64,000 nucleotides of DNA from Eledone cirrhosa. Lineage: Eukaryota. Shown one piece after another: positions 1-14,621 of this stretch; the first letter of the stretch is position 1; each line of letters starts with the position of its first letter. The notes below the pieces were generated by a model. It made no database searches. It had not been told where the DNA came from and saw only the letters and a program-made list of their open reading frames with translations. The position numbers and the translations under genes are program-made. The DNA lies in NCBI GenBank assembly GCA_964016885.1, contig OZ024745.1, positions 44,640,001-44,704,000 on the forward strand. Direction: 5' to 3'.

Positions 1-2070
1 ATATTATAGTTTGGAATATAAATCGTACTTATGACTCACCCTGTATATATATATTTAATTCCTTTTAAGACAATCAAAATAAACAAAAAGAAAAAAAAAA
101 TTAAATAATGAATAAAAGGGAAAGGTGGGGTGGGCTCTACACCCATAGCTTTGGCAGTAGTGTTTCTCTAGCTGAAGAATTAAGAAAGCATTTTTTTTTT
201 TTTTTAACTGGTTACAATTTATTGTAGCTTCTTTAGGAAGAGTATTATGTAATATCTACAACTAGGTGAACCAAAGAATGATCTGGAATATATAAAAAAA
301 ATAATTATGGGGTGGAGAAATTTGGGTTCATTCCAGCATAGTTTGGAAAACAATCTACTTCTTATGAAACAGATTACTAAACAAAAAAAAAACATGAAAA
401 AATAAAATATTGTTTTCTAATGTTGACAATGCCAGCGGGGGTGGGGGGTGTCAATATTATATCAACACCAGTACTTTATTAGTACTTTATTTTATTGACC
501 GCCAAAAGGATAAAAGACAAAGTTGACCTCGGCAGGATTTGAACTCAGAAAACAGAAAATCACAACAAATACCACAAAGTATTTTCTCTAAATAATTCTT
601 ATTTCTGTTATACTAAATTCTTTGGTGAATCAATGGCTATTGATGGATTGGACGGAGATACAGAATAGCTTTATCTATTGTTTCAACAAAGATATATAAT
701 TCTAGTTTTACAGCAAATCTGGAAAATTATCAATACAAAATCCAGAGAAAGGGGAAAGATGATGAAGTCATATATGAAGGAGAAATATTGACTCTAAACA
801 AAAAAATATATAAACATTTCAAGTACAGCTAATAAGTCTGTAAAACAGCCATGGCAAAGAATTCTTCAACATGCAACAAGAAATGTTGCATAAATTGTGT
901 TCTTGTTACAATATCTAGTGCAAGTTATGAATATGGAGAGATTCTAACAATTAACTAAATTGGTCACACTTCAATATTTAAGCACCACTTCTTCAGAGGT
1001 GAATATTCATAGTTATTTGTAGAAATGATTGTTTAAATATATGCAAACTAGTTGAGGAGCAAATAGAATCAGTTACAAACATTGATCATATTTAAGAGAG
1101 TGATATCAATATTATTTAAGCGGTTATATTATTACTATTCTAACTACTCAATTATTTTGTAAACATGGAGTTTGAGCAATTAACTAATTTCCTGGGTTGG
1201 TTTCAGAGCTTTAGCTCTCAATGGAATACAATAAGCAAAATCAAATATGAAAATCCATCTAGGAGCACAAAGATAACAGAGAATAACAAGATTAAATAGG
1301 TTAGACCCCTAACAAAGAACACCAATCAACACCAACTTCAAGTTAGAGGCAAAATCATGTGAATTACCTCCTCGTTTAAAACAGTAAAGCTTCGATCTTT
1401 ATCTCTATTGCAGATCATTATCAGGATAGGGTTCCGATTAAGTTGCGACCTGTCCAATCCTTGATAGCAGCGAAAATGGACATTAAATAGTGATGATGAT
1501 GGGCCAAGCTAGAAATATCTAGTTAATAAAATCTTTCTTACATAAAAATGAAAATTAATTTTAAGACAACTAAAAAGTCCATCAAGTACTACAATGAGTT
1601 AAACTAAATGGGAGATGAAACAATAAAATTAGATCACAAGCATACTACTGAGAGAGGAAATTCTCAAATTATTTGAATGTTTTAGACTGAGCACACATAA
1701 AATAGACCAAATAGTATATATCAAGAGTTCTCCATACAATTTTGAAACAAATTTTTTTCTCTTCACGAACACTACAACTGCTTCCAGTGATGTTTTTTTT
1801 TATAATCATAAAACCTCTTATAGAAAGAAGCTTCTCTTTGGTAAGAGTAATAACAAAAACTTAGTAATGGAGACCAGTGAAGATTTCTTTAGCAGTAAAC
1901 ATCCAAAGTAGTTGCTACAGTTATTTTTAAAGTTTAAGCCTGAGTAATTTCAGTTGAAAGTAAATTTAGATACAAGCAAGCAGAAAGCAACATTTTTATA
2001 ACCCCAAAGTTAAATACCCTACTGATATTTAGCAAACATGTGCATGGTAATTATATAAACACACACAGAT

Positions 2071-2324
2071 TTAACTCTCTTAATACCAGGCCGAAACTGG
2101 CCTGGCTTTATGACAAAAATGGTCATTTTAAAATGAGCATCTTATTAAAAAATTCCATCACAATTTTATTTTGGAAACTTTTAAGTAATATTTTAAATAT
2201 CAGCTTTCTAATGAAAATTTTAGTTATTTTATTAAAGTCCTCCAAATCATTGTTAATTTTCAAAATTAATTGTAATACATACAGGCAGTGTCTTTTTTTA
2301 GAAATACAGTAATGAAAGAGTTAA
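2071..2324. mobile_element. TTAA-flanked MITE (piggyBac-like ends)
   Basis: ttaactct...agagttaa; related to 25672-25929, 17208-17413, 18431-18775 and 26762-27299. Confidence 0.7.
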
Positions 2325-3252
2325 GAATCTAGGAATGTTTTACATTCATGTCAGACCATAAAAAATGTTTTCTAACTGTAGAGATATCATCCAAAATAAT
2401 GCTTAATGTCTATTTATAACTCTTAAGAGATTCAGCTATTATACTTAATTATACATCAAATATTGTAATAAACTTATAAGGTATAAGTCAGGATTTAAAC
2501 TGTAGCTATCTGACTCAATGATCAACTATAATATTAGTTGTGATCAGTATTGAATTGTTCTATAGATGTTGCAGAACTAAAACTGGGTACAGAGTTTCAT
2601 CAGTGCGTATTGTATTTGGAAACACTGATAGGGTCATAGAAACATCACTACTGGCTTGTCATGTACTGAGTCTAAGTAAAGTCATCTTAGTTAAGGCCCA
2701 ATTGAACTCAGCATTGCAAACTAAGAAACTATTTGATTATTTTAGTGCTCCTTCTGCTGCTTACAGTAGTGAGTAGTTATTTTGTGGTATTATTTTCATA
2801 ACTAGAATTTAGTGCCTTAGCCATGAACACAGAACCAATGGTGGGATAAGTTGCTGTCTATTCCCCACCACCACCACCACAAAAATACATAGTAAAACTA
2901 AAATGCAGACATAAAATAGGCACAGTTATACAGACATATACATACAAAGGCAAAAAGACGTACACGCACATTATCAAACCCATATACACATAAATTAATG
3001 TAGAATGTCACCTATAATTGTATATAAAACCAGCTATTAAACAATATATTTCAAAGTTATTGACCCTCAAAAGAAATACATACAAATCTTCCAATTACTG
3101 TGTTTCTAAAATATTCTCTTTAATAAGATTATTCTTAACAGAACAGTTAGTTTCAAATATAAAAAAAAATATACATAAGATTTTATTTTCATTTTTTGTG
3201 GCTGTGAAACAATTTTATGCATCTAGCATATTAAATAGAATTATAGTTACTA

Positions 3253-4291
3253 CTAGCTGAACAACCTAGCGTTGCCCAGGTTACTGCTATTCTTATTCAG
3301 ATTAGTAAACAATAAATATGAAGATATAGATATTTTGAAATAAGTGAGAAAAAAATTATATTTTATAAAAAAAAAAAATATCTAAATTGTAATGATAACA
3401 AGATTTAGGAATGAAAATCTGTCAATCTTGAAGCACCTCAGGGTAAACAATATTCATTGTGTAATTTTTTGTTGGTGTCCAAATGAATAAATTGATGCTG
3501 CTTCCAACTCGTGAGTAACCAACAGAGTTGACCATGGGAGAAACATGTAGTAGAGAGATCCAATCCAACAACCTTGAGGGATTGGCCCTGAGTTTTGTTA
3601 ATTGAAATAACAAAACTTAGTTTGACTGGAAACTGAAGCCTCTTAAATTCAAATGGAACAGCTGTAAACAAATAAGTATCAACATCCAAAAGAAATATAT
3701 ATTAATTATTATTTTTGTGTGCAGTGTAAATTAACCAAATATATTAACTGCTAATTTAACAGTATGAGAATATAAATATAAATGAAGAAACACACACATT
3801 CACACAAACATACACTTATAAAAAAACACACTCAGACATACATTCATACAAACACACATAATTTTACCCCCATCATTTCATTAAGTCGTCACAGAAATGT
3901 ATGTATATTCACACACATACTTGTCAATCATTACATGTATAGATGTGTGTGTGTGTGTTTAATTTTCTGTGTATCTGATTAAACATTTACGTGAAGATGT
4001 ATGTAACTTACCTAATGTACATAAACTCGTAAACACAAACACACTCATATACAATATGTGACATTGTTGTCATCATAGTGTTATAAAATGTCCGTTTTAT
4101 AGTTGACTATAGTAGATTATTTTAGATAAAATGTTATAGTGTTTTAATCCTCATGAAAATAAAAATTACATGTTAATCCCGGGGTCTAATACTATTACCT
4201 TGTAAAATTAGATTTGATTTGATTTGGTCGAGCCATTTGAGAAAGCATAAGGAAAAGACAAAGAGACAAAAGAATTTGATATATATATAGA
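3253..4291 (-). mobile_element. Non-autonomous Helitron with a frameshifted PIF1-type RepHel helicase C-terminal remnant
   Basis: 5' end TCTATATA, 3' subterminal hairpin aacctgggcaacgctaggtt then CTAG, inserted between A and T. Internal peptide FKRLQFPVKLSFVISINKTQGQSLKVVGLDLSTTCFSHGQL...SRVG. Confidence 0.9.
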
Positions 4292-5873
4292 TTAGCTTCT
4301 TGTGGAAAATCAATCTCCATTTCCCCAAATGTGCATAACTGCTTCTTTTCTTTTTATCTAATGTTCTGCCTGCATCTGAATGATTTAGTGTAAAGTGAAA
4401 GTGAACAAGAGAAAAACTTAAAAAACATTAATTTTCTGATTTATAAATATTAGATATTGTAAGCCCAGTTTGAAACAAGATCAACAGATCCAGTGACAGG
4501 GCTTCAACAACCATGCACCTATTATTTGCTGGACAACGACCACATTGCTGATTAGATAGAGTGCCTGTCATGCTAGCTTTTCAGATTAAGTAACTATGTA
4601 AATATTTTTATACCAAACTACCCGAACCCAATCCTAGCTTCATGGTCCAAAACTGTCTATTTTAAAGTGTTTATATTTATCTATAAAAAAAACTTCCATC
4701 ATAATTTTAAGTAAGAACATTTGTTAAGTTTCATTTCAGACACCAGCTTAATAAAGTTAGTTATATTACTAAATCTCACCAAATTCGTTATTATTTTCAA
4801 AAATATTTGATAACTAAAAGCAATGTCTTTCATTAGAAATAAGGTAATGCAAGGGTTAAATATTTTTTCTTTATTTAAAAGTGACTCTATAATTTATATT
4901 TGTGTCAGTAAAAAGATGATTAAAATATTATTTTAGTTGACAAAATTATAAATCAAAAACCCTTTTAATTTAAATCAGTTGATACTTATCTAAATAAGAC
5001 TTAAAGAAAAGTAACTGGAATCTTATTAAAGATTATAAAAGCAAAATTAAACAAAATAACTTACAGAAGAGACATCCTAATTGAAAACAACGTAGGTTGT
5101 TGAGAAGATAAAACTCCATATATACTACCAATAGAGAACTTGCATAAGAACAATTATCATTATCCTTCTAACCATTCAACTTTTCTGCAGAGCTGTAGCT
5201 GTCTCAGTTGATAGTCTATGAAAGTTTAGATATCCTGAAAGATAGTATCTTCTACAATGTTGCTGACCAAAACACTAACAGTTGGAGCTCAGTCAAAATA
5301 ACTGTAAATAGACACAGTTCAACATTTTAAACAGCAGTTATGTATGATATGTATTTTCATTAACTTGTAGTACTGGATCCATATCTACTCATGAATATAT
5401 ATATATATATATATATATTGAAGAGGAATGGACTCGAGTTAGCTGCATGAAGACATAAGCCTTCTGTGATCACAGGAAAATCAATCCAAGTTATTTTAAA
5501 GCTGGTTCTAAGAATTTGTTTAACAGAATGCATTTGTAAAAATATTGCAAACTGCATAGATTTTTGGAATGGAGATTTAGATTAAACAGGAGTATCGCAT
5601 ATAATAGAGAAGATTTAAAATAACCTTCTGAATACCATTAATACCCATTTCTAAAAGTTAGAAAACGCTGAGACAACTGTATAAAGTAAACTCATAAAGA
5701 AGTTATTTTTACACAACCATAATATCTTCTGTTCTTATGTAATAACTATCAGGATCAAATCCTATGCAGGATGTTTGACTTTGAAATATTAAAATAGTTC
5801 AGTCAGTCATAGTAGAAACAACTATTTCTACACACATCAGACATGAATTTTAGTTACCATTTTCAGAATATTT

Positions 5874-5920
<47 letters not shown>

Positions 5921-5924
<4 letters not shown>

Positions 5925-6186
5925 TTCTTTTGAAGCTCTAGCTGCTGACCATGGAAAATAGAGAACTGTCTGCCATGAAGGTATAAAGAACTATCTGGTC
6001 CATCTTTGCAATCTAAGATCTCACACTTCCATCCTGCTCCACTCAAAATCCTGTCATCTGCACTAAATGTGGCTTGATGTGTAAATCGGCAGCTGGACTG
6101 AAGTGCCATTTAAGGCATAACAATAAAAAATTGAACTGGGAGGACTGTTGAACATTCATATGTTGATATATGACGGAGAGACCATC
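5921..6186 (+). mobile_element. 3' fragment of an RTE-type LINE with a C-terminal zinc finger
   Basis: Plus-strand remnants EALAADHGK*RTVCHEG and CTKCGLMCKSAAGLKCHLRH; flanked on both sides by (TA)n. Confidence 0.6.
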
Positions 6187-7371
6187 ATATATATATATAT
6201 ATATATATATCTATCTCAATCATAAAAAAAATAAAAAACTGCTTGCATAATTTTTCCAGAGAATAAGTTTGCTTTCAACTAGAATAAATCAATGTTTTTT
6301 GTCTTTCCTTGTAACATTGACATGAACTTAAATCTAGATTTTGTATTAGTAATAAACTAAGAAATATAAAATTTATTAAAGACTATATTTGGAATGTAAG
6401 AAAAATGAAATATGAACAAATGAATAATTTAAGCAGAATCTTTGCAAGATACATTATTTTAATACATCCTTTTTAGAATGTATAAATGAATTTGCATAAC
6501 ATAAAAGGTTTGCAGTAAAAGAAAACCAAGTTAATATGGAGACCATGCGTATAGACAAAAGTCTGCTAGCATGGAGTTTAACAAAACATTAGAATGGCTG
6601 TTATTCTGCAATAAAAAAAACGGCAAATTATTCATAATATTCATTGTTTTAAATGAAGGGTGAAACTGATTAGGAGAAACTTCAAAATAGTTCATGCAGT
6701 TAAACAATAGTATTAAATTTTACTACATGCTAGAATATTAGTTAAGAAAACAAAGTATCTATATACCATAAAATATTTTCCTTATCTAAAGTCACAACAC
6801 TTTTAAAAAATACAAATGAAAGAATGTAATAGGCACATAAGAAATGTCCAGTTGTTCGCAAGTACAACATTTTGGTGATTTGATTTTATTTTCAAGTTAA
6901 CAATTTAAAGGACTGATATAGGAATACTGAATCCCAAAGCTTGTATTAATACCTGAGAGATAAAACTAAAATGACTATTTATGTTTATAGGCAGATGGTG
7001 TATGTGTACATGCATACAAATGTTGGAAGAAAGAGACAGAAAGAAAAGTAAAGGAGCCCTTAGCTTCTGGTGGAGTCATAGAGGAGGCCTCCTGACAAAC
7101 AGCATGTCTTGGTCATTTTAAAGAGAGAGCCCATCGCTCTTCAGCTCAGAACAATAAAGGGGGTCTCAAGTCATTTTAAACCAGAGCCCACCCCTTTTCA
7201 GCTCAGAACACAGCCAATTTCTTCCAAAGAATGAGAGTATAAAAAGTGATATAAAGGAAGAATCAACCTCAGTACTGGGCTGGTACTGTATCAACCTCAA
7301 AAGGATAAACAGGATTTAATATCAGAATACAATAACCTGCAACAAACACCAAGGCATTCAATCTGGGGCCC

Positions 7372-7574
<203 letters not shown>

Positions 7575-10500
7575 GGAGATGCTCTTATTTGCTAATTATT
7601 TACTTGAATATTCCAAACTGTTTGGATGAGTCATCAATTCTGCTCTGATGTGCTGCATAGTATTCAAAGACAATATTTTGGATAACTCAAAATAGATGCA
7701 TGTTTGTGCTCCTGTTTCTATCTTGTTTACATTCTTGGTTAACGGAGGGGAAAGAAAGCGGGCCTAGATATAAAACAAAACCATAAAAAGCACATTGTGT
7801 GTGTGCGAGCACATAAATGTAATATATAATGCAATTATAATTATTTCCAGTATTTATGTTAAAATGGTTAATGGTTAAAGTCTATCTTAAGCCAAAAGGC
7901 TCATCAGGTCAGCGCTTATCTTAATTTCATTGGTGTTAAGCAACTGAGAATATAAGACAGGATGCCAGTCCACTGAAGGATTAAGCTCCCAGTGGCTGCT
8001 GGTATTAATTTTCAGCTGAGTGGAATGAAGCAATGTGAAAATTAAGTGATTTGCTCAACAATACAATGCACTACCTAATCTGGGAAAGAAACCCAACAGC
8101 CTAACCTTAAGACACATGCCTTTATAATGTTAGTTTAACAATAATGTTGTAGAAAGGAAATTGAGAAAGCATTTACAAGAGAAGGTACTTTGAGCAAAGC
8201 TAATAATGGGAAGAATTATAACAATTTCTTAAATAGGTATGGCACACCACATGCATAGAATTAGGGTGCTGGAATAACATTATCTAGGTATTTCAAGCAG
8301 TTCCAGCAAGGAATTGAAACCAAGTCATTCAAATCTTACTGCCACATTGTAACTACAACTAATATTTTTCTTTTTTAGACATATGGCTTTAAATTTAGAA
8401 ACACAGCCAAAAACAGAAGATATGAGCAAGATGTAGTCACCTGACCAGTCTGGCCACAGTAAGTGACAATCCATCTAACCCATGTAAGCATAGAAAATGT
8501 ATATTAAATAATGATGCATGTGGTCTAAAATCATCCTTCAGGGCACAGTTGAGAAAGTGTGAGAAAGACCCTTCTACATATGACAAAAGAAAGAGACCAG
8601 TGGTGACTGCTGACTGCAAAAATAATGTTTAGAGTGGCATCTCAACGATTAGTTGCACCAGTTGATTGAGGTATTAAAGTGGAGTGGAGTGGGGCGACAG
8701 TCACATGATTTAACCCTAGAATATTACTGTTATTTTAGTCATCTGAAAATTTGAAAGGCTAAATTAACTCCTATTTTTAATCCTGAAATGAGAAACGAAA
8801 CTAGATCTTTTAAGCAGTATACCATTTGTTCTAATAATGATAGTGGTTCCTAATTTAGATACAAGACCAACAATTTTGAGGAGGGGAAGTCGATTATATC
8901 AACTAAGTGAATTGCTGGTATGTTATTTTATCAACCCCGTAAGGATGAAAGGCAAAGTTGACCTCAGCAGGAACTGAACTCAGAACAAAAAGAATCAAAA
9001 ATGCCACAAAGCACTATCAATCCACCAATCTTATAATAATAATAATAAAGACAATAATAATATAGTCTAGCTAGACACAAAACTCGATCTTTTAACAAAA
9101 AGGAAACTATTACTTGTAAATTTTACATTTTTTAAAATAATATTAGTGGTGTGATTGCAGTAAAATGGCTCTAATTTGAAAACAAAACAAAACTTTCATC
9201 TTCAGTTTATCTAGAGCAACTCTTGCTTTAGAACATTTGCCAATAATCTAGATACATGAACACATTTTGTAAAGGAGAGAGAGATAGAGTTGAATTGACT
9301 CCAGTGTATCATTTAAGTGCATTTTATTGTCCTCCAGAGGAAGAATGGCAACAGTAACCCCAACAATATAGGAATTCCAAAGTTTGAAACAGTAAAACAA
9401 GTCTAATTATTTTCTGTTTTTGCTATTTCCCACATTTTCATATAAAAATAATATATTTTGCCAAGGCACAAAGCCATTTGTGTAAGGAGGTTAATATAAA
9501 TGGCAACAATCATCACGACAGGATTCAGAACAGTGAGGTACTGAAACAAGACTGGGTTTCTACTCTCAAGACTTACTTCACCACTCTTATATAAGAAAAA
9601 TGCCAAAGAACATTAGTAATGATGCATAAGAAAAAAGTATACAACAACTCATTACATTCACATTATTACCACTACCCATGTCTTTAACTATTTATTTTTG
9701 CATTTACTCAACTGACTAATTTATTATGAAAGAATAAATATAATTTCTATAAACTCTCTTCAGGAATTTAGAAACTAAGAATGACTTAAAACTGTTATAT
9801 ATTCAATAACTAATAATATATCATCTATCAGAAGTAAATGGTAATGTAAATGTTGAGAAGACAGGACCATCTTTCTGTACAACGCCCAAAGCATATTATT
9901 ATGCAGGTGCTCACAGGGTAAATACGACATGGTAAGAAAGTTATCCAGTGCTGATGAAAACCCAGCTATCGATGGAAATATAATCACTTCTTAAACTTTG
10001 TCAATCTTTCTTTCTACACTGACAAACTAAAGATTAATGGATTAATGCAATTTACTGAGATGTTTTATGTTTTTTTTTTGTTGCTGTTGTTGTTGCCTAA
10101 ATTCTCTATTATTTGGTTATTACACCAACTAACAGATCCAAGCATAGATACACACAACATTTAGAGCATCAAAAGACAACACAACAAGAGTTATTAGATT
10201 TCAATAAGAGTCACATTCCTTACCAGCCTTCATAAAGATTTCTTGATCCAAATTGGTGCTATGGTGGTAATGAATAGGATAAAATTTCCATTTTCCATCA
10301 ATATTTGCTGCCAACAGGTTACTGAACAAAAATCTATATCACAACAGATTAGACAGTTCACATGAAAGAGACTTTAGGATGAGAATTCAGCACATATATA
10401 AGATGATCAATTGAACATATTGGCAGTGAACTAACTGTTGTACTTAATAGTAGAGAGGAAAAGAGATAGACAAAAGAGAAAGATTTGTGTAAATAACTCC

Positions 10501-11536
10501 CACCCAACATTAAAGCCAACTTTTTCAGGCAAGTTGGTATAAAAACGAAAATTTGCCTCATGAGTGTTATATTTTTAAAAAATCCAGATTCCCAGCTTAG
10601 CATTTCTAGTGTAGCCAGAGGAAAAAAGGCAGAATTTTCTGTTATAAGATGAAAAAAGAAAATATATGGTACATGTATGCATATATGTGCATGCATGCAC
10701 GTCCATACAGACAAAAACATACATATGCACACACACACACGTACATGCACACACTCACACAAAAGTATATATTTCTTTAATGTTCATGTAAACTCAGTTC
10801 TACATACATTCCCCTCACTCTCTTTCATATGGTGTATATATATATATACATATATATGTACACATGTTTGTGGTAATTTACAATAAGGAAAGGATGAAAA
10901 TAGATTCAGTTGAACAGGGTAATTTTCATTCTAATGACTTTATACAAACATACTCACATATATACACACATACATACATAATATACACACATACATACAT
11001 AATCCTTATATACACACATACATACATAATAAAAACTAACACACAGATTAGACAGAAGCTAACATAGAAAAGAAAAGATGATTGGTTCAATACATAGGAT
11101 GTTATATACAAATCTTATATAAATACATAAATCATTTAACACAAACACAGTGCTATATCACATAGGGTTTTTTTTTAGGAGGGGGGGGGGAATCTACAAA
11201 TGGCATGCATGTATTGAAACAAAGGCAGGATAATACATAGATTCAAGTTTGTATACAAACATATGATGTAACCCTTTCATTCATTTGGACATACACTTAC
11301 ATCCTAATCTTGCATCATCAATATGGAAAAATTGCGACAAGAGAGTAATCTCCCCTTAATACATAATGTAGTCTCAAGGGAAGCAATTCATAAAAAACAT
11401 TCAGTATGCTGAAGATTAAATTGGTACATCAGCTACACACACTTTGAAGCTAGTTATAACACAAATGGAAGCAGCCCAAAGTATGAGAATGTTTGAAGAA
11501 TATAAAAAAAGGAATAATAATAATAATAATAATAAT

Positions 11537-11750
11537 GGTTGCTTATATAGGCACAAGGCCAGCAATTTTAGGGGAGGGTAAAGTCGAATAAATCGACCTC
11601 AGTGCGTGACTGGTACTTTATTTTATCGAACCCATAAGGATGAAAGGCAAAGTTAACCTCGGCGGGATTTGAACTCAGATCATAAAGGGCCGTAACTATG
11701 CTGCAAAGCGCATGTCCGCTGCCCTACCGATACTGCCAATCAGCTGCCCT
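11537..11750 (-). mobile_element. Same SINE family (other minus copies at about 430-590, 8845-9030, 12630-12700, 18210-18390, 24710-24830)
   Basis: ggatttgaactcag B-box complement and the shared core. Confidence 0.85.
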
Positions 11751-13811
11751 GTTATTAGATGCCAAGTTTACGGTTGAGATATTGACAATTAGCATGCAAC
11801 CACATAACGTGTGTGTGTGTGTGTGTGTGCGTGCGCGAACATACTCTAGTTTCATATACACAGCAAATAAAAAGATGGTTAGAAAATAGTGAAGCTCAGT
11901 TTCTCACTAGTGAAAATAAATATGGAACCAAACCAAACAAAAAAATGTGCCTGATACAGAATTGGAGGCAAAAAGTTCATGAGTTAGGGATGGATATTTC
12001 TGCTATGCCCCAATTAATCTCTGGGAGAATTGAACTTAGGTTTAAGAGTTTCATTTTTTTTAAAGAAGCCTTGTTAGCTATTGCCAATTCTGTGTCACCG
12101 AGTAACAATAAAATGAATAAGAGACCAAAATTTTAGTCAACAACTGATTAAGTATATGAGTGATGGGAGTGTGAAATATGATGTATGAAAACATGACTTT
12201 GTACAAACTTTGATGTCTGTCATTCTGTGGGCAACAATGGAAAACAGTATCAGTTGGTGAAACCACTCTGCATAAATGGGAAAGTAGACAATGATGACAA
12301 CCATCACATCACATCCAGTACAGCAGGACTAAGATTTTGATTAGATGTGTGTTAGCAATTACTGTCTACTACTACTACATAGATGATTGCTGTATGTGTG
12401 CTGCCCATTTTAAGATCTAGTTGATCCAGAGCCCTTGCCTGTCCACTATTGAAGGATATATGGCAGGTGATAGATAAAGTTCCAATACTGGTAGAACAGT
12501 ATTTACAGGAGAAACAATAGGGCAATATGGAAATCATCTATGTTGTGGTGAATACAATGATTACTAAACATGTTTCTAGTCAAAACTTGACTGTGCTACA
12601 TGGTCATCATTATTATTGTCCAGCTTCCACTACTGGAACTTATTTTATTTGAAGGAGATTGAAAAGGCTAAACTGACCAAGGCGGGATTTGAACTCAGAA
12701 CCAAGAGACAGCAAACGGAGACATGAAATATTGAAAACAAGTATAAACTGACCATTCATGAATGCAGGGGGAATTGTTTACATAGGGGTAAACATGTTGC
12801 AAAGAATGATTCAAGCAAATTATTATTATTATTACTATTTAGTTCACACTTTTAACCATCAACCAACAGATAATTCAGTCATTTACTTTGTATAAAACAC
12901 AAACACTTCCACTTATTGATTTTTATACACAGCAGAATAACACAAACTGGTAGATGCTTTGATTTCCTTTTTTTTTTCGTCTTTTTTTAATATGAAATAT
13001 GATGAAAGAATGAAAAGAGATGAAGGAGGAGAATGATTACGATTTTGGTAAAGAGAGAGACAGAGAGAGATGGATGAGGATGAGTGAATGACATTGATAG
13101 GTCTGTAAAAAGCCATGAACATTCAGCAGATTCCAATTTCAATTCCAATTTTACATACAAATACGCACATAGGTATACATATAAAAACACACACCCTCTC
13201 TCTCGCTCTCACACACATTCACACATACTCACGCAAACACACACCCGTTTATGAAGGTAAGGGATTTCAAGTCAATGAAGTAGATCCACTGATTACAATG
13301 GAAATGTTTTTCTAAAACTTTTCCCTTACAACTGTAAGGTGTTTTATATAGTTTTAGCTTTAATGGTAAACAAAACTGTTACCCTTTCATACACACACAC
13401 AAATCTTCATTAAAATAAAAAATATACATAGAAATAAAAATATATACATATAAACAAACATACATACATAAACACATTGCCACATATATATATGTAAACA
13501 TCTAAATACACCCGTGTGTATATATTTGCTTATATATAAATGCAAACTTTTGTATTCATTCAACACACACACCCACACATATATATATATATGTATGTAC
13601 ACATACATACAAATATTTATATGTACATATACATACATAAATGCAGACACACACACACATACACACACTTTGTCTTTCACATTTTCATATTAACAATGAC
13701 AATAAATGATGATGGTGAAAAAAAATTTTTTTTTCCAATGAAGTTAAAAGTCGATTCTGATTATTTACAGATATGCAGATTTTGCTTGAGGATGTAGAAA
13801 TGCTGCCATAC

Positions 13812-13817
13812 TTTATT
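13812..13817 (-). terminator. Candidate EDC3 polyadenylation signal
   Basis: AATAAA on the minus strand about 475 nt downstream of the stop; weak evidence in AT-rich DNA. Confidence 0.25.
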
Positions 13818-14289
13818 ATTTTGCAATAGTCAGCTCAATAAGAGCCAATAGTAGTAATAGCAGGTATATAATGGTATAAATTTAGCTACTGTTAATCTGC
13901 ATTATCAACAATAGCTTTTTTCCTTTCCTTTTCAGAGTAGTAACACCAATGCATTTCTGATATGCCTCAATTCTTTATATTAGGTATCAGCAAAGTAGTA
14001 TTGTCAACGATAACAAAAACAACTATAACATTTTGATTTAAAGAAAATTATTTTTTCTTTTCTCTTTTTTTTTTTTTCATAGGTCTTGAGATCTGAAGAT
14101 TATATGTATTAAAAAAAAAATTTTTTAATTTTTTTTTTTTTTGTACGCTGCTGTTTGCATCAGACAGGTAAATCTTGGCACAATTTATCTGTCTGATTTG
14201 GTTGTGGTTTAATTCAGCTGTTTCCCTTGATTGCAAAGCTTTTTATACTGATGCCATTTTAACACTTATTTCTCTTTTGTCTCCATTTC

Positions 14290-14621
14290 TTAGGTCTTGG
14301 CATGAAGAGGTATAAGGAATTTATGTCCAAATGGTGATGAATATGTGATGCCAACTTGTGCCATCACCTTACGAGGAAGACCAATATCGCACAGGTAAAC
14401 TTGCCCAATTTGCCCTTTGAGATTGAGTGGGAGGCAAAGACTTAAACTCCACTTGGCCTGAATAAGTGTGCCTTGCTGTGGGGGATCAATGGCTAAAACT
14501 GGAGCCTTGCTGTTATTAGCCCATACCACAAGTGCTTGGTACCAAGGCTGGTCTCGCAAAACCATGTTTTCATGATTATCCAAACTGTTAACAATTATGT
14601 CTACAGGAACTTTTGGCAAAT
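14290..14621 (-). CDS. EDC3: EDC3 last coding exon
   Basis: Encodes DLPKVPVDIIVNSLD...VYLCDIGLP...YSSPFGHKFLIPLHAKT then TAA; tttcag| acceptor. Confidence 0.96.

Noticed and set aside
13703-13762. C/D box snoRNA (ATGATGA...CTGA)
   Set aside because: It is too short, has a low-complexity interior, and lies antisense to the EDC3 3' UTR rather than in a host intron.
10358-13797. Several 60-134 aa ORFs rich in C/V/Y/I/H/T
   Set aside because: They are translations of (CA)n/(TA)n microsatellites with no recognisable domains.
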